From Vitrella brassicaformis CCMP3155 (taxonomy: Eukaryota > Protista > Chromerida): DNA of 64,000 bases. Numbering within the stretch: position 1 is the stretch's first letter; each line of letters opens with the position of its first letter. Shown here in pieces: positions 47,529 through 60,000 of this stretch. Below the pieces are notes generated by a model. The model saw nothing but the letters and a program-made list of their open reading frames with translations. It searched no databases and had not been told where the DNA came from. A program made the translations under genes and the position numbers. The stretch is taken from assembly GCA_001179505.1 (NCBI GenBank), contig CDMY01000520.1, positions 248,001-312,000 of the forward strand, in the 5' to 3' direction.

Positions 47529-50500
47529 ATGGAGAACGGATCCGACGAGACACGCGCAAAGCAACAACGAGGTGAGCACAGCACAACACCCACCACGCAG
47601 CCACGCAGACGATCCACAGTACACGATAGACAGACATCAACACTCACATATATCGCATCGAGTGTGCCCTCTGTTGATCTATCTGATCTGGTCACTAACA
47701 GGCCTGGTGGGTCTGTCGGACAAGCCGTCGGGAGCGTTTGACCAGGAGCTCTACGGGGGTGCCGACGCACTGGGGCAGTATGTGACTGAGCTGCCGACTG
47801 AGGAGGAGGCGGCGAACCTCGATCGGCAGCAGGAGCTGACAACGCTGGGAGGCACGGCTGGCCGTGCTCCATCGAGGCCGCAGAAGTTCGCATTCACCGC
47901 TCCCAAGGACGTGCTGAACGAAGTGGCCCAGCAGGACGCACCCGACCCTTTCGCGGTCAGAGAGAGAGGCACATACAGATGGAGAGAGAGAGAGATGCGG
48001 AAGTGTCATCTGTGTGCCCGTGTGTGTGCGTGTGTGTGTGTGTGTGTGATGCTCGCGTCATCAGGAGCACCAGAAGGACAAGACCATTGCGGGTCGTGAG
48101 GACAGCTACCGCAGCAGATGGCGGCAGCAGATGCTCTCGCCCGAGAGGGCCGACCCGTTCGCCAGCCAGACGCCCGGACCGGAGACCAGATCCTACACGG
48201 TACTAACGCTGAGAAATGTCAGTCGACGCGAGGCGTGTCTGTATGCACACGCGTGTGTCTGTGTGTGTGTATGTGTTTGGTTGTGTTTGCAGGATGTGAT
48301 GAAGGAGCAGCAGCTCGACAAGGAGAAGGGCGAGCTCATTCGCAAGATACAACAGAAGAAAAGAGTCAGTCGTCCCCACACCACCCGCCAAAACTCATGC
48401 ACCTCCACATCGAAACCTTCCTTGTTTCTATCTCAGGATGAGGACAGCCGTGTGGACGGTGAGGCATCAGGTGCAGCAGCGCTCCCGGCTCCCCCCAAGA
48501 AGGACGGCGAGAAGAAGCGTCGCAGGTGGGACCAGCCGGCCGCCGACGAGCCCAGGGCCAAGGCCTCAAAGGCCAACGGCGTGGGGTCGCGCACACATGG
48601 TGCGTCGGAGTGGGACATCAGCGAGGCATCGGTGGAGCACAGCAGATGGGACACTCCCGTCAGGGGAGAGGTCACCATGGGCGATGAGGGGGCTGGCGCG
48701 TCCAGCTGGGACCAGGCAGTGGTGTCTGCGCCCAAGCCGTCAGCTGCCGTACTGGGAGAGACACCCACACCCGGGAGGTACCCCAACCCGATCCCACAAA
48801 GACCACATCCATTCATTGAACCATTCAAACATGTGTCTGTCGACGTTTCTGGCTGTCTGTGGGTCAGGTGGGACGAGACCCCCGCGCCGGGCGCCACTCC
48901 CGGCCGGCGTCGATCGAGATGGGACGAGACGCCTGTGGGGTCCTCGGGCATGGCTACGCCAGGCCCGTCGGCCACTCCGGGTGCCATGGGGATGGGGATG
49001 GCCACCCCAGGCGCCACGCCATTCGGGGGCACTCCGGGAGCCACACCACTGGTCAGTCAGTGTGAGCAAAGGAAGACACAGAGAGAACAAGTGGTGAATG
49101 TGTGTATGGGTGTGTGTGTGGCTTGATCAGGGTATGTCTGGCATGATGACGCCCATGACGCCGCTGACGTCGCTGACCCCTGACCAACTCGCTGCCATGA
49201 GGTGAGTCAGCCAGGGGGTGAGTGAGGCAAAGGCCCACTCACCATACCATCCGTGCACACATCGATCTGCGTGTGTCATGGTCTCACGTCAGGATCACGC
49301 GCGAGATCGACGAGCGCAACCGCCCCATGACGGACGAGGAGCTCGAGGCCATCTTCCCCCCAGAGGGATACGAGCTCGTCAAGCCGCCCGCCAGCTATCA
49401 GCCCCTGCCGAGGGCCAAGGTGACCGCCACGCCCACGCCATTCGGCGCCACACCGCTCTACTCCATCCCTGACGAAATCAACGCCGTCAAAGCGCAGGAG
49501 GTGCCTGAGACAGACAGACAGACAGACAGACGATCCACGTGGCTGTGTGACCGTCTCTTCTGTCTGTCTGCGTGTGTGTGTGTGCAGATCCCCGGCACGC
49601 CCTCATCGAGAGGAGAGGGCGACCTGCCGATGATGCGGCCGGAGGACTACCAGTACTTCGGCAAGCTAATGGAGGTGTCCGACGAGGCGGAGGCCGACCT
49701 CTCCCCTGAGGAGGCCAAGGAACACGAGATCATGAAGCTGCTCCTGAAGATCAAGAACGGCACCCCCCCAATGCGCAAGACGGCCCTGCGGACCATCACC
49801 GAGAAGGCGCGATACTTCGGGGCGGGGCCGCTGTGCAACCAGATTTTGCCGCTGATGATGAGCAGCACCCTCGAGGACCAGGAGAGGCACCTGCTGGTCA
49901 AGGTCATCGATCGCATCCTCTACAAGCTTGACGACCTCATCAGGCCCTACGTGCACAAGGTGAGCCTGTCCCCCCCTCCACCCCACACGCACACACAAGA
50001 TGTCCATTCCTTGTGTGGCTGGCTTGCAGATTTTGGTGGTGATAGAGCCGTTGCTGATTGACGAGGACTACTACGCCCGTGTGGAGGGCCGCGAGATCAT
50101 CAGCAACCTCGCCAAGGCCGCCGGGCTGGCCACCATGATCGCCACCATGCGGCCAGACATCGACCACCAGGACGAGTACGTCCGCAACACCACTGCTAGG
50201 GCGTTTGCCGTGGTGGCCTCTGCACTGGGCATACCCTGCATCATCCCCTTCCTTAAGGCGGTCTGTGGGAGCACCAAGAGCTGGCAGGCGCGACACACGG
50301 GCATCAAGATCGTCCAGCAGATCGCCATACTGATGGGGTGTGCCGTGCTGCCGCATCTGAAGCCGCTTGTCGACACCATCCTGCTGGGCCTCACTGACGA
50401 GCAGCAGAAGGTACGTCACACACACACACACACACACACAGAGAGAGAGAGGGAGAGGGAGAGAGAGAGGGAGGGCGAGAGAGACCCCACCTTTCACACA

Positions 50501-52547
50501 CACGTGTGAGCATGTGAGTGTGTGTGGGTGGGTGTGCGAATCTGTCAGGTGCGCACTATCACGGCGCTGGCATTGGCGGCGTTGGCTGAGGCGGCCACGC
50601 CTTACGGCATTGAGGCCTTCGATGCGGCGCTCAAGCCGCTGTGGCGCGGCATCTGCGAGCACAGGGGCAAGGGACTCGCCGCTTTCTTGAAGGCCATCGG
50701 GTGAGATGACACACACACACTCGGACGGACGGACGGCCTGATGGGCCACATGTGTGCATTCATTTGTTGTGGTATATATATGTCAGTTACATCATTCCCT
50801 TGATGGATGCCGAGCATGCCAACTACTTCACGCGAGAGGTCATGGTCATCCTCATCAGGGAGTTCCAGACACCTGACGAGGAAATGAAGAAAATCGTTCT
50901 CAAGGTACCTTTGCCCCTCCCAGCCACAGAGAGAGAGAGAGAGCGAGAGAGTGATGGCTCCCATGTCCTCTCTCTGTGTCCGCCTGTGTGGCTGCACTGC
51001 AGGTGGTGAAGCAGTGTGTGGCGACTGAGGGTGTGGAGGCGCAGTACATCCGCGAGGAGATCCTGCCCCACTTCTTCAAGAACTTCTGGGTCGTCAGGAT
51101 GGCACTCGACAAACGCAACTACAGACAACTCGTCGACACCACCGTAGAGATCGCCAACAAGGTCTGTCTGTCAGCCACACACACACCCAACACACACACA
51201 AGAGGCATCGCCGGCTCTCTCTCTCTCTCTCTCTCTCTCTGTCTGTGCAACAAACAGGTCGGCGGTTCCGAGATCGTGACTCGTGTGGTGGAGGATTTGA
51301 AGGATCCCTCAGAGCCGTACCGCAAGATGGTGGTAGAGACCATCGAGAAGGTCCTCACCAACCTGGGAGTTGCCGACATCGACGTCAGGCTCGAGGAACA
51401 ACTCATCGACGGCATTGTATACGCCTTCCAGGAGCAGGTGGCACGACCCCCCTCCACCCCCTCCCCCTCTGAACCCCTTTCTCTCTCTCACACACACAGA
51501 CACTGACCTCTTTGCTCTGCGTGTGTAATGCAGTCATCTGAGGATACCAAAGTGATGCTGGACGGCTTCGGCACGATAGTCAACTGCCTGGGGAAGCGCG
51601 TCAAGCCGTACCTGCCGCAGATCTGCGGTATGATCCGGTGGCGGCTCAACACGCCCTCGGCCAAGGTGCGGCAGCAGGCCGCCGACGTGGTGGCGCGCAT
51701 CGCTGTGGTCATGAAACACTGCGGCGAGGAGCAGATGCTCGGACACCTGGGGCTCTACCTCTACGAATACCTCGGCGAAGAATACCCAGAGGTCAGACCA
51801 CCACACACACACACACACACACACACGTGTGTGTTTGCCTTGCAGGTGCTCGGGTCGATCCTCGGTGCGTTGAAGGCGATCGTCAATGTGGTGGGCATGC
51901 AGAAGATGTCCCCGCCCATCAAGGACCTGCTGCCGCGGCTGACGCCCATCCTCAAGAATCGCCACGAGAAGGTGCAGGAGAACTGCATCGACCTCGTGGG
52001 CCGCATCGCTGACAGGGGGGCCGAGCTCGTCAGCACCAAGGAGTGGGACAGGATCTGCTTCGACCTTCTGGAACTGCTCAAGGTGAGAGAGCCACACAAA
52101 CAAAGACAGACAGACAGACAGGGAGGGAGGGAGGGTGGAAGTGGTTGTGCCGGTGGTTGTGCTGTTCGTCAAGGCTCACAAGAAGGCGATTCGTCGTGCG
52201 ACGGTCAATACGTTCGGGTACATCGCCAAGGCAGTCGGGCCGCAGGACGTCATCACCACACTGCTCAACAACCTACGAGTACACCCCCCACCCTCCCCTG
52301 CAGAAATCTCTCTCTGACGACCGACATGATCTGATCTCTGCAGGTGCAAGAGCGTCAGTTGCGGGTGTGCACGACTGTGGCCATCGCTATCGTGGCCGAG
52401 ACGTGCGGCCCCTACACCGTGCTGCCCCATCTCATGAACGAGTACCGCGTCCACGAGCTCAACGTCCAGAATGGCGTGCTCAAGTCGCTGTGCTTCATGT
52501 TCGAGTACATCGGAGAGCTCGGCAAGGTCAGCCTGGGCGCGGTGCCG

Positions 52548-52583
<36 letters not shown>

Positions 52584-53272
52584 GGAGAGTGCATGTGTGG
52601 TGTGTTGTGTTGTGTTGTGTTGTTTGGGGCTGTGCTGTGTGTTGGGTGCGGCGATGGCAGGATTATATATACCCCATCTGTGGTCTGCTCGAGGACGCGC
52701 TGCTCGACCGTGACCTGGTCCACAGACAGACCGCCTCGTGGACGTGCAAACATCTCGCCCTGGGGGTACGCCCCCACTCACATACACACACACACAGACA
52801 CACGAGTACCTGGATGTCTTCTCTCTCTGTGTGTCTATGTGTGTGGTTTAGGTGCATGGTTTGAGTCGTGAGGACGCGTTGATCCACCTGATGAACCACG
52901 TGTGGCCGAATATTTTTGAGACGTCGCCGCACCTCATCCAGGCCGTCATCGACGCCGTGGACGGCTTCAGGGTCTCAATCGGCCCGGGCATCGTACTGCA
53001 GTACCTGCTGCAGGGACTCTGGCACCCTGCCAGAAAGGCAGGCGGCTACACACACGGCACATCGCACAGACAGACACAGGGGTGTGTGTGTGTGTGTGTG
53101 GTGTTGTGGCGTGTGTCAGGTTCGCGAGACGTATTGGCGTCTGTATAACAACGTGTATATGGGCCACCAGGACGCACTCGTGTCCTTCTACCCAAATGTC
53201 CCACCCGAACCAAACAAGTCAGCACACAAAAACACACCAACGCCTGTCAATGCCCCTCTCACATTTGGCTCG

Positions 53273-53305
<33 letters not shown>

Positions 53306-53352
53306 GTTCTCCCAGCGATTACACGCGCCACGAGCTGTGCGTGCTGCTGTGA
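47529..53352 (+). CDS. SF3B1: Splicing factor 3B subunit 1 (SAP155); about 20 or more exons
   Basis: ULM repeats RRRWDQ and [11 protein letters not shown] repeats, [28 protein letters not shown], and HEAT repeats ([44 protein letters not shown]|VRETYW) closely match known SF3B1. Confidence 0.99.
48000..53320. repeat. Intronic microsatellites (AC)n, (GT)n, (GACA)n, (GA)n and (GAGG)n; SF3B1 shown as representative, present across the window
   Basis: Directly visible in most introns and UTR/intergenic regions. Confidence 0.95.
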
Positions 53353-54196
53353 GACGAGAGCTTCCAGAGAGAGAGAGGGAGGGAGGGAGGGAGGGAGAGA
53401 GGGAGTCAGTCAGCCCAGCCGTGTTGGTGGTGTGTTCGTGGTTTTGTGAGGGGTGAGCCCTGGCCGACGGGCGTCTCAATGTGTCGTCGAGCCGAGATCG
53501 GCTCCACAACGCCTTGTGTTGTCTGACGCCATGGGCCAGGACACGGATGCAAGGGCAGTCCGGGAGGGGAGGGATGGGGAGGGGGGAGTTTTAAGGAATG
53601 CACACTCCCAACACACACACAGCAACGGTTCAGACAGACAGACAGACAGACAGACAGTGGTGAAGTGGGGGTGAAAAGGCATACGAGGGCTGATTGACGT
53701 CCGTCGTGGTGGGGTGTGGGGCTACTGACTGATTGAGAGAGAGTGCTGATTGAGACTGACTGGTTGCAGTGAAGCTGCGTGGCTGCTTGTTACTCGGTTG
53801 ATGGTTCACTGACGTAAACACTGACGTAAACATGACGACATGTATGCTGTGCCTGGACGGATGGATGTCTACATGTCTATCTAACTGCTTTGCTTCACGT
53901 GAATGAAGCGTCCTGGGATGATCTGATCATCATCATGACAATCAAATGGAAACGCACCACAAACGGACACAAGCATGGCGTGACATGCCCACCCACCACA
54001 CCTTGGAACCCAGACAGACACGCTACGCTACGCTACACACGACAAACTCTATACTACACTGCCACACACACACACACATACACACGAACACACACACGAT
54101 CACACACACGCACAGCCACCATCCCTCTGCCTACAAGTTGACACACCCTAATCTACTCTACTCGCGGCCCCCTACACACCCCGCCCTAACGGTCAC

Positions 54197-56945
54197 TCAC
54201 TTCACATATTCCCGCCACTTCTTCTCCAGCATCTGTTTGGCATCCCCATCAGCACTCGTCGGCCGATGGAAATGCGCCGGCACGATCATCTCCACATCCC
54301 ATGACAACACTTTCGTGGCAAAGTCGGGCGTATTGGAGGCGGCGTCTCTGAGTGCCTTCCTCCTGTAGAAGGGCCCGCCGTCAGAGTACCCCAGAGTGTT
54401 GGAGGCGATCCGCGAGAGCGGCTTGGGAGGCGACAGCAGGTCGTCGGTCACATACAAGAATCCATCAAAGGTAAACACCGCCCTGGCAAACGCACGCAGA
54501 CACACAGAGGGGGGAGGGAGGGTTGTGTGTGGTGGGGTGGGGTGGCTCGTGTGCCGGCCGTGGTTACAAACTTGTTTCGTTTGTCGTATATCCACATTTC
54601 CGTGTTCTGTCCTTTGATCTTGAGCATGGAGAAGTCCAGGTCAGCGGCGAGGTCGTCGGGGAGGTTGCCGTCGGCTGACATGACCCACCCAGCGCTGAAG
54701 CCGCCGGCCTGGGGATAGCCGCTCATCATCCACCTCGGGGCAACAGATATCAACTGCATTGCATGCCAGTGAGGCGAGGCGATCCACGCCATGCACACCA
54801 ACATCTGTCTTGGTGCATGTGTGTGTGTGTGCGTGTGTGTGTATGTGCCTTAGCGTCAGGGAAGAGTCGCTTCCACTCTGGCGCATAGATATGGTGCTCG
54901 GGGGCCGTGGCGCCACATATGATGTAGTCAGGCGCGCTGCCCACCTGGGAAAACACGAACACACCCACCCCCATGCCCACCACCCACCCCACACCCCACA
55001 CCCCAGGCCCACACAGACGCACCGGACCTACCAGCTTCTCATACATCTTGAGCAGCTCCACTGTCGGCGCCACAGGGTTGACAATCGCCACCTTCCCACT
55101 CGACAGCTTGATGACGCTCATCCGCAGGTTTATGTTGCGCTTGGCGAACAAAAAGGGCTGCGTGAAGGTGCTGAGAGTGGGCGAGAGTTCCTCGACGGTG
55201 GTGGGGCGGTGCATGGGCTTCAGCAGGGGCGTGTACGTCTGCGAGGCATCCACCGGCCTGCAGCAGGCCGCAGACGGCAAGGGAGGGAGGGAGCACACCA
55301 TGCTGCTGCGATGCGTGTCTGTCTGCCCACTTTTTGCCTCGCAGTTTGCTGAGGTAGCCGGCGAGAGGGGCGACCGTCTGGCAGAAGGGAGGGCACATCC
55401 ATACACATGTTGTGCTGCCATGGGTGAGGTGAGGCGTGTGTGCATGTGCATTTCTCACCTGGAAGAACCTGTATGCAGCCACACACATGCACAGAACCAA
55501 CACACTTTGGACCGTTTATCTTTTTCCCTCCACAGAATGCCAAGTTACATGGGCACCTCAATTATCTGTCTACCTGTATGAGTTGGACATGGTCCACGGC
55601 TGAGCCTCGCGGAATGGCAGAGGGTGACCGACCTGTTTGTTCAGTCAGACACAGACCGAAACTCTCTCATGGATGCATGGATGGATGGACGTGGGTTTGC
55701 TCACCTCACCCCACCCTCTCTAATCTGACTCACTCACCGCATAGAAGACGCCGAAAATCCCTCCGAGGCCGCCAGTGTTGCCGGCTGTCCTGTCAGCCGG
55801 GTAACCCCCGGTCCATTTGGTCACCCTAAGCAGATCGAAGAGACCGGACAGGTCAGAAGCCACGCACAACACACACGTGTGGTGTGGTGTGCCCATAGAT
55901 GTGCTGTATGTGATGTGCATGTTTGCAAAGCCGCACTCACTTTCCGTCCTCATTGAATGTCGCAGAGATGGCCTGTGGAACACTGTCAATGACCTTTCCT
56001 TCCGGCTCATACACTGCACACGCACCCACAGGCACCCAGACAGACACAGACAAAAGCAGACAACGCAGCCAGCTGGTGCGCTCATTGATTCGTTCATTGT
56101 GTGGCGAGCAGGACTGACCTCCAGCGAGGAGCCCCGTGTGTGTGCCCCTGGCGCGTGCCATCCACCACACCCGATTGGGCTCCAGCGGGTCGACCACAAA
56201 GCCAAAGGTGTTCTGATCGTTTTTGTTGCAACCATCTTGCAAGAAGCCATGGTAGGGACCTGGTAGTGATTGATCTATACCTACCTGCTGAAAGTCAGGG
56301 ATGGCATCCAGGAGGTTGAAGTTGCCGACCTACACACAGCCATCCAGCAGACAGAGAGGGATGTGTGCACGTCCAGCCAGATGCACGCCAGAGGCCCCCG
56401 TATACTCACTGCCGAGAGGTACTGTTCCTTGGTCAGCGGGCCAACGACAGGGAAGACAAACTGACACAGACACACACACAGCTGCTGCCTGACTGCCTGC
56501 CTGCTTGTGTGTCATTGTGTCATCTTTGTGTGTACTTGGAAATCGTCCGCCAGAAGATCTGGGTTGCTAAGCCCGTTGTTCGCCCGCACAAAGTCCTTAG
56601 CTTTCTCTATCCTGCGCACACCAGCAACAGGCAGACAAACAATGCAATCACACGATTGCATCCTTCTCCATCTGCTTACATCTTGTCTGGCGGAATAGCG
56701 AACGGCTTGCTCTGCGACGGATCTGGTCCCTCTGCGAAGAACTTGGAGTCGGGGTTGGCCGCTTTCTTGCCGACAAAGGGATACACGCTGGCCATTCTCG
56801 GCACGGCACGGCCGAAACATGCACGGTGGTGAGGCCGTGAACTCATCGCCTGTCCACCCATGGATGTTAACAGAAGGGCAACAAACAGAGAGATCCAGAT
56901 AGCCATGCCCTGCTGAGCACTCCGGCAGACTTGGAGGGACGTCAT
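54197..56945 (-). CDS. Predicted plastid-targeted fusion protein: algal NTF2/SnoaL-like domain plus DUF4336 (metallo-beta-lactamase-like) domain
   Basis: Leader MAIWISLFVALLLTSMGGQA followed by a transit-like segment. Domain 1: LLADDFQ, PVVGPLTKEQYL, VDPLEPNRVWW, THTG, GNTGGLGGIFG. Domain 2: FTQPF, NLRMSVIKLSSG, NPVAPT, EHHIY, FPDAK, VPAH. An in-frame GT-AG intron at 55330-55258 joins them with no intervening stop. Confidence 0.7.
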
Positions 56946-57026
56946 TTTCGGCCAAAGAGCGACAGGCAAGAAGATCTGAGGCTCGCGTCCGCCTGGGGGC
57001 TGTGGGGGGTGAGACGCGAGTCTCAG

Positions 57027-60000
57027 ATGATGGCGGCCCTATCTGATCCCTTTGCCTACATCTGCGGCCTTCTGTGCCGAGTGAGCAAACGCCATGTACC
57101 TGCCTCTACGTTATGTAGACGCACATTCCTTCCTGCCTCTCTGTTTTGTTTGTCTTCAGCATGAGTTTGTGCAGACCGGTGAGCCGACTCGCACGGCGTG
57201 GGGCGGCGGCATGCGTGTACTCGACTCTTTCTTCCTCACACCCGATGGCGAGGTCGCTGACGTCTACCTCTTCACCGGCTGCCGAGGCAAGAAACACGAG
57301 GACGAAGGGGCGCCGGTTCGCAGCTGGTACGAAGTCACATTGAGGGGGATGGCACAAACACATCATTCCTCCTTGATTCAGGCTCGGCGCCGCTTCTTAC
57401 CTCCAGACGAAATCTGCCGACCGGCCAGCACGGTTCGTTCCCTTCCCCACATCTCCCGCTGCGGCGCAGCAGGATGAGGACTTGGATGTGGGCATGGAGA
57501 AGCCAGCCTCCTTCTTCATTGCGTGGGGAAGGAAGGCTCCTGTAAGGCGGCCGTCTACCGCTCAAAGACCTTCCACTGCCGGTGAGCGAGCGACCGAGGC
57601 AGCTGTCGGCGATAGTGTCGTCTACGTAGCCTGCTCAAGTGTTCTGCACGGGCCTGGGTGATTTCAGGGTTGACATCTGGTGCGATGGTTCGTCCAGTGG
57701 TGCCCTCGCCGTGTCCTGCGAGCGTCTATCAGACGAGTGTACACCCGCTGACCAAATCTGAGCTACACAAGATGGTCTGGAGTAAAGCCAATGGCTGAAA
57801 CGATGGAGTGTCATACTCGGGCTGTTGTCGATGCATGCAGGTGGAGCTGAAGATGTTTGAGGGCCTGAAGATGTTGCAACCATATGTAGATGTCAAGGTG
57901 ACTAACTATAGATAGACCAGAAGATGCACACTGTGTTCATGGCAGGGAGGCGGCGTCTTTCGCGCCCTGTATCGCCGAAAACAGCCGACGTCTCGTGCCC
58001 CGTCGCCCACCACCAAGAGAAAGGGGCGACCCCCTCCAACTCCGCTTCCCGACGCCCTGGGCTCCACTTGCAACATATGGCGGACTTTTTGGGACGTACC
58101 ACCGGCTCCCCCGAGACAGCAGCCTGACTTTGGTCTCAGCAGGGCGCAAGTGGGGGGTCACGATGGGGATGCGGGCGGTGCTGGTGGGCATGATGCGGAA
58201 GCGGGCGCGGGCGTCGTTAGGACATTTGAGACTGTCTCGTCCCGTGCGCAGCATGTGAGGGAAGGGAGGGAGACACGAGGCAACCGATGAGCACCTCCTG
58301 TGCCGTTGTCTATGTGTCTGTGTTGCAGAGGTCCTTGGAGATAAGGTCCCCTGAACTTAATGGTCAGCAACAGAGCCGGCCAGTGCATTGGACAGTGAGG
58401 CATAGGCATACGTGTCGTGTTTGTCCTCCCCAGGTCTGTTGCGTAGTTTGATGCATCAGCTTGTGCTCTTCGTGCAACACGCTGGCCTAATGGTGAGCAT
58501 TGCACAGCACACGACACACACAGGAAGAGATTGGCATCCGTCGTCTGTCGCTGACAGGAGGTCTTCGAGCTTGATGTTGAGTTTGCTATCGACAAAAACA
58601 GGCGGGTAGGCACGCACCCACCGAGCACATAGTTAATAGGATGGATGTCTCTCCCCTGTTCCGCTCCTACAAAGGTCTGGCTATCCTACGCCCACACCTG
58701 CATCGCAAAAAGGAAGAAAAAACGGCCAAGGCGACCTCGCAGCGCATCTGACATAGAGAGCCAGTGGCGGACCCAAGACAGACCCACCAAGATGGCCCTG
58801 ATGCAAAAGGTGAACATTTCTTGCACAAACATGCGCTCACTTTCGCATCCGTTTCCTCTTCTCATCGCCAGATCGTAGTGGCCCCCTGGCGGACGACACG
58901 AGGCGCATGTGCGTTGTGCGACCGCCCTGCCTCCACCATCACAGCCCCAAAAGGCCTGGCGCAAGCAGCAGCTGCCCCGCCGCCGCCAGTGGACGACGGT
59001 ACCTTATCACTCCCGCAGAGAAAAGGTGTAAAGGTGGCCGACAGCGCTCGACAGTCGCACGTCGAGGAGGCGCCTGAGGAGGTGCTGCAGGACATCCTGG
59101 TCGGTCGGCGAGGGGACGGCGGGACAGCGATGTGGGTGAAGACTTGTCACGTCTCATGTGTTGTTTTCGCAGCCTTCCAGCAACACGCCTGAGCATTGGA
59201 TGCTGGTTCACCGCACGCTCAAGAGAATCAAAAACGCTGAAAAGTTAGTGAGACACGCTCACCGGATCGGATCAGAGTCAACACGCGAACCACTCACCGT
59301 CTCGCTTCTTGCCATGCAGGTGCTGGTTCGATCCTCGCCCCTTCCGCGAGGCGTTGGTGCGGGTCCCGTACAAAGACGTACTGGAAAACGGTATACTGAT
59401 GAAAAAGAAATATCTCCGAGGAAACCAGTGTACACGCCACGTGTGTCTCGCTCAGTGTTGCTTCCCAGCGTCAAGCCGTCTCGTATTCGCTCATCCATTC
59501 GCTCGTCAATTCGCTCATTGACCGACAAAGGCACTCAGTCCAAGCGCGTGTCGACATTGAGTCGCGAGAGTTCCTTCGCTGAGGTGATCAGCGAAGGTCT
59601 GGGTGACAGAGAGTGGCGACGCTTCAGATACCTTGAGTCAGCAATGAAGCCTGTCCTGGTGACACAATGCACTCGTCTGCGTGCATTTGGCAGTTCTGAA
59701 TCTTTTTGTGTGTGTCGTGTCGTCTGCAGATGTGTCCAAACTGCTGGAGCATGATGGAACGCTTCCGGTCGATCAAGCAGCGCGCCCAGGCGCAGATCGA
59801 ACGCACCAGTCGCCCCTCCCCGCCCCGCGAGCGACCGCCATCCCCATTCAACCGACTCAAGAAAGTGCTTCAGAGCACTGCTCCCTCAGCAAGCACACTG
59901 ATCCAGGAGAGCATTCGCGATCGGCGAAAGTCATCCATCAGGAAAAAGGGTATTCTCGCGTCGTTTGCGTTCAAATCACTGCCGTCGGATGAGGATCTGC

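Noticed and set aside
50150-52230. Substitutions at SF3B1 cancer or pladienolide hotspot positions
   Set aside because: Residues equivalent to R625, H662, K666, K700, G742, R1074 and V1078 all appear conserved.
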